The notes under the pieces: generated by a model | Told to the model about the DNA's origin: nothing | Database searches by the model: none | What the model saw: the letters and a program-made list of their open reading frames with translations, nothing else | Translations under genes and position numbers: made by a program | Assembly: GCF_006345805.1 (NCBI RefSeq) | Contig: NC_043026.1 | Location: forward strand, 13,991,579 to 14,055,578 | DNA: 64,000 nucleotides | DNA from: Octopus sinensis | Lineage: Eukaryota | Direction of reading: 5' to 3' | Shown: positions 59,171 to 64,000 of the stretch, in pieces | How the letters are laid out: every line of letters starts with the position of its first letter | How positions within the stretch are numbered: the first letter of the stretch is position 1

Positions 59171-59409
59171 GTGCTAGAGCCACAAGAAAAGCATTTTTGT
59201 CCTGGTGTCGCATAAAAAGCACCCAGTCCACACTATGTAAAGTGGCTGGCATTAGGAAGGGCATCCATCCATCAAAACCAAACTGGACAACAGAACCTGG
59301 TGCCCCACCAATGCACATCCTTCTTTCCAGCTCCTGTCAAGTCATCCAACCCATGATAACAGATGATGATGATGGTGACAATAGCTTTGTTGGTCAGTTC
59401 TGATGCCTC

Positions 59410-59812
59410 TATTTCTTTACTACCCACAAGGGGCTAAACACAGAGGGGAAAAACAAAGACAAACAAAAGCATTAAGTCGATTATATTGACCCAAGTGCAT
59501 AACTGGTACTTATTTAATCGACCCCGAAAGGATGAAAGATTAAGTTGACCTCGGCGGAATTTGAACTCAGAACGTAACGGCAGACGAAATACCTATTTCT
59601 TTATTGCCCACAAGGGGCTAAACATAGAGGGGACAAACAAAGGGATTATGTCGATTATATTGACCCCAGTGCGTAACTGGTACTTATTTAATCGACCCCG
59701 AAAGGATGAAAGGCAAAGTCGACCTCGGCGGAATTTGAACTCAGAATGTAATGGCAGGCGAAATACGGCTACACATTTCACCCGGGATGTTAACGTTTCT
59801 GCCAGCTCGCTG
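59410..59812 (-). mobile_element. SINE family C dimer
   Basis: Two bodies plus a head; TTCTGATGCCTC occurs on both sides (candidate TSD). Confidence 0.85.
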
Positions 59813-60159
59813 TTTCTGATGCCTCACCAACTGATTTATTGCATCTTTATGCAATTCTAGTTTACCAAATTCCACACACAACCAACACAGAACATAAAGT
59901 CGTTATGTTATGCAGCCAATAAAATGATCCATCATCATCATCATCATCATCATTGTTTAACGTCAACTTTCCATGCTAGCATGGGTTGGACGATTTTGAC
60001 TGAGGGCTGGCAAACCAGATGGTTGCACCAGTCTCCAATCTTGATTTGGCAGAGTTGCTACAGCTGGATGCCCTTCCTAACGCCAACCACTCCGAGAGTG
60101 TAGTGGGTGCTTTTTACGTGCCACCGGCATGGGGGCTAGTCAGGCGGTACTGGCAACGA

Positions 60160-61087
60160 CAAGCTGGCAGAAACGTTAGCACGCCGGGCGAGATGCTTAG
60201 TGGTATTTCGTCTGCCGCTACGTCCTGAATTCAAATTCCACCAAGGTCGACTTTGCCTTTCATCCTTTCGGGGTCGATGTAATCGACTTAATCCGTTTGT
60301 TTGTCCTTGTTTGTCCCCTCTGTGTTTAGCCCCTTGTGGGTAGTAAATAAATAGGTATTTCATCTGCCGTTACGTTCTGAGTTCAAATTCCGCCAAGGTC
60401 GACTTTGCCTTTCATCCTTTCGGGATCGATAAATAAAGTACCAGTTACGCACTGGGGTTGCTGTAATCGACTTAATCCGTTTGTTTGTCCTTGTTTGTCC
60501 CCTCTGTGTTTAGCCCCTTGTGGGTAGTAAATAAATAGGTATTTCATCTGCCGTTACGTTCTGAGTTCAAATTCCGCCAAGGTCGACTTTGCCTTTCATC
60601 CTTTCGGGGTCGATAAATTAAGTACCAGTTACGCACTGGGGTTGCTGTAATAGACTTAATCCGTTTGTTTGTCCTCTCTGTGTTTACCCCCTTGTGGGTA
60701 GTAAAGAAATAGAAATAGGTATTTCGTCTGCTGTTACGTTCTGAGTTCAAATTCCGCCAAGGTCGACTTTGCCTTTCATCCTTTCGGGGTCGATAAATTA
60801 AGTACCAGTTACGCACTGGGGTCGATGTAATCGACTTAATACCTATGTCTGTCCTTGTTTGTCCCCCTCTATGTTTAGCCCCTTGTGGGTAGTAAAGAAA
60901 TAGGTATTTCATCTGCCATTACGTTCTGAGTTCAAATTCCGCCGAGGTCGACTTTGCCTTTCATCCTTTCGGGGTCGATTAAATAAGTACCAGTTACGCA
61001 CTGGGGGTCGATGTAATCGACTTAATACCTATGCCTGTCCTTGTTTGTCCTCTCTGTGTTTAGCCCCTTGTGGGTAGTAAAAATAGG
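60160..61087 (+). mobile_element. SINE family C pentamer
   Basis: One head and about five bodies joined at AATA|GGTATTTC. Confidence 0.88.
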
Positions 61088-61191
61088 TACTGGCAACGAC
61101 CTCGCTCGAACCATTTTACACATGCCACCAGAGATACAAATGAAACGATGGGAGAATGAAAGGTAAGTTCATTTATCAAGGTGATACTTAC

Positions 61192-61278
61192 TTGACAGTT
61201 GGTGCGAAGGTGTTACTGTTGTTGGTGGATGAGGTGAATTCTCTGCAGAGGTTTGGAAATAGAAGTGGCTCCAGGCAT
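61192..61278 (-). CDS. RNF207: RNF207 exon (R-CLEPLLFPNLCREFTSSTNNSNTFAPTV-K)
   Basis: Acceptor CTCTGTTTCTCTTCCCAG|, donor CAA|GTAAGT, 87 nt, phase 2-2; RCLEPLL matches human RNF207 ARCLEPLL (recalled). Confidence 0.88.
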
Positions 61279-61552
61279 CTGGGAAGAGAAACAGAGAGTA
61301 GAGAGAGTTGGGGTCCAGTGGGATCATGTCATATACATATATACATTGTGTGGTAAGTAGCTTGCTAACCAGCCACATGGTTCCGGGTTCAGTCCCACTG
61401 TGTGGCACCTTGGGCAAGTGTCTTCTGCTATAGCCCCGGGCCGACCAATGCCTTGTGAGTGGATTTGGTAGACGGAAAGTGTATGCTTACACCCGGAAAA
61501 AAAGCAAAAAAAAAAGGCAGGCATGTAGAGAGAAAGAGGGGGGGGGAGAGAA

Positions 61553-61569
61553 ATAGACAGATAGATAGG

Positions 61570-61616
<47 letters not shown>

Positions 61617-61617
61617 G

Positions 61618-61666
<49 letters not shown>
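61553..61666. repeat. (AGAT)n microsatellite
   Basis: Near-pure AGAT tract at the 3' end of the Tx1-like element. Confidence 0.97.
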
Positions 61667-61667
<1 letters not shown>

Positions 61668-63006
61668 TGTTTCTTTATTAGCCACACAGGGCTGCACACA
61701 GATAGAACAAATTACAAGGTAGAGCTTTTCTTTTGAAGGTTTAAAAAAAAAAAAAAAAAAAAAAAAATGGAAGGGGGAGTTTCGATCAAAAGGGATCGTA
61801 AAAGGAGAGAAAGAGGGCAAAAAAAAAAAAAAAAAAAAGGGGGAGAGGAAAAAAAAAAAAAAAAAAAATTGATCAATAGGGATCGTTATCACAGAAATGT
61901 CAATATGAAGTGTAAAGGGGAGGACAGGTGAGGTTTACCCGTGGAAAGAAAAGCCTACGAAAAGACCACGGTAACCTCGGTCAATGAAGTCACATTTTAT
62001 ATTTCTTTTTTTTTTTTTTTTTTTTTTGCAAATAAGCAACTCTCTGTTTTCGATTCCTGGGTTCATAGGATCATGCTCAAGGTGGCTTCGTCATTCATAC
62101 GTGCCATTCTTGCTACATTCACCCATCTTTTTTTAAAACATTCGCTAGACAAAACTTGCCTCTCTACTCTCACTTTCCTTTTCAAGTGGTACTTGAAGAA
62201 GTTGATGAGAGATTGACCAGAGAGAAAGTGTTTGTCTCCAATCCTTTCAGACGCGTCCACCAGATACATTCTTTCGCCATAGCCACAAGGATGATGAAAA
62301 TAGCTCTTCCTTCCCGTTTGAAGGAAGGAGGCGTGACAATATTGACGATAGACTCAGCTGATAAACCGACTCGTCCCACACGTGACAGCAGTTGTTCGAC
62401 ATAAGCCCACAGGTCGGAAATTGTTGGACACTAACGAGTGCGTGCAGAACGGTTTCGTCGCTCTGACCGCATCTCGGGCAGGTCGGCCCCGTGTTTCTCG
62501 AGCCGTGTCTGTAGAGCTTATCCCGAACGGGTAGCGCTTCTCGGTAGCACTGCCAGGCCAGGGATCTCTGGAAGTTGTCCATGGGCCCTGGCCCGAAAGT
62601 CGTCCCGAACAGGCGGGTCAGGTACTCCTCGTCGACGTCCAGGTTCGCCCCGAGCTCGTCGTCGTACCTCCCCTCCACTAAACCCCTATAGAATGCTTTG
62701 GTTGTGTTGAAGTCACTTAAGGTCGACCCAGGACGGCAGAGTTGCTTGAGAGCAACGCGACACTCGCGGTGCCATTCGCCCTTCCTCGGCCTCTTTTTGA
62801 TCCACGACTGCAGTTCGGTCATGGAGACGAGCTGCGGGAAAGCGTGCCTCACAAACGGCGACCACACCTGTTCACCGTCGTCTACATAGAGCCAGAGATG
62901 TCGCAGTCTCAGCGCGTGTCTGCGCATCATCAACCACGGCATGCCCAGCCCTCCTTTTAACGGGTGTTGACAGCAAATGGATCGCCTGACCATCGGGACG
63001 CATCCT
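61667..63006 (-). mobile_element. 5'-truncated Tx1/L1-clade LINE (ORF2 C-terminus with zf-RVT-like CCHC)
   Basis: VRRSICCQHPLKGGLGMP, WQCYREALPVRDKL, CPRCGQSDETVLHALV.C, KGLETN, 3'UTR ending GCCCTGTGTGGCTAATAAAGAAA. Confidence 0.85.
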
Positions 63007-63032
63007 TAGATAGATAGAGAGATAGATAGATA

Positions 63033-64000
63033 ACTTTCTTTTATTAGCCACACAGGGCTGAATACAGAGGGGACAAATACAAATGCAGAGCTTTTCTTTT
63101 CGAGGGTGGAAAAAATAAAAATGTAAGATTGCGATCAAAAGGGATCGAGAGGAGGAAAAAAGGAAAATCGTGTATCACAGAAATAATGGTGTAAACATTG
63201 ATATAACAAGATTGGGTTCATCCGTGGAAGAAAAGCCTACAGAAAAGACCACGGGAACCCCAGTCAGGGAGGAAATAAACACATGAGGTCAAAAATGCTC
63301 TCTTTCTTTCTTTTTTACGATCTACAGGATCATGCTCAAAATGGTTTCGTTACTAGCACGCACCATCTTTGCAACATTCACCCATCTTTTTTTGAATCTT
63401 TCGCGAGACAAAACTTCCCTCTCCATTCTCACCTTCCTTTTCAAGTGGTACTTGGAAAAGTTGATGAGCGATTGGCCAGAGAGGTAAGTGTTTGTCTCTA
63501 ATCCTTTCGCTCGAGTCCACCACACACATTCTTTCACCATGGCCACCAGTACGATGAAAACTGCCTTGCCTTCCCGGTTGAGGGAAGGGGGCGGAGCAAT
63601 TCTCACGATAGACTCGGCCGATAGGCAGATTCGTCCCACACGTGACAGCAGCCGTTCGGCATAAGCCCACAGGTCGGAAATGGTTGGACATTGCACGAGT
63701 GCGTGCAGAACGGTTTCGTCGCTCTGACGCTCGGCGTCGGTCCAGTCCAGTGTGTCTGGAACCGTGTCTGTAGAGCTTATCCCGAACAGGTAATGCTTCT
63801 CGATAGCACTGCCAGGCCAGGGATCTTTGGTGATTGTTCATAGGTCCCGGCCCGAAAGTTGTCCTGAACAGGCGGGTCAGGTGTTCCTCGTCGACGCCCA
63901 GACTCTGCCCGAGTTCGTCGTCGCACCTCCCCTCCACTAATCCTCTATAGAATGCCTTTGTTGTGATGGAGTCGCACAAGTTCGATCCCGGACGGCAGAG
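63033..64000 (-). mobile_element. Second Tx1/L1-clade LINE copy, head-to-tail with the first (continues beyond the window)
   Basis: Homologous ORF2 C-terminus and the same 3' end, separated from copy 1 by (TATC)n at 63007-63032. Confidence 0.85.

Overview
Eukaryotic, repeat-saturated animal DNA. The SINE and LINE families look like those of Octopus, an inference from remembered repeat sequences and not from a database search. One host gene is recognisable: seven phase-compatible coding exons with canonical splice sites on the minus strand (41.2-61.3 kb) encode the C-terminal half of RING finger protein 207 (RNF207). The rest is transposon-derived: RTE, CR1-like, R4/Dong-like, Tx1/L1-like and Penelope-like retroelements, three tRNA-headed SINE families, Helitrons, hAT/piggyBac/mariner-type elements, a solo LTR and many micro- and minisatellites. 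The most notable signal is an unusual density of minimal type I hammerhead ribozyme (HHR) motifs in several unrelated non-coding repeats. These include a ~543-bp HHR-bearing unit arranged as tandem, circularly permuted, inverted copies (22.4-24.6 kb, with a diverged copy at 35.5 kb), which looks like a cephalopod retrozyme or Penelope-derived circRNA element. Other highlights: a Tx1-like LINE apparently targeting (TATC)n microsatellites and sharing its 3' tail with a SINE, a four-copy hAT MITE array that moved with a single 8-bp TSD, and a foldback MITE with inverted TTAGGG-like tracts. All folds and alignments were done by eye; element boundaries are approximate unless a TSD, terminal motif or splice site is quoted.
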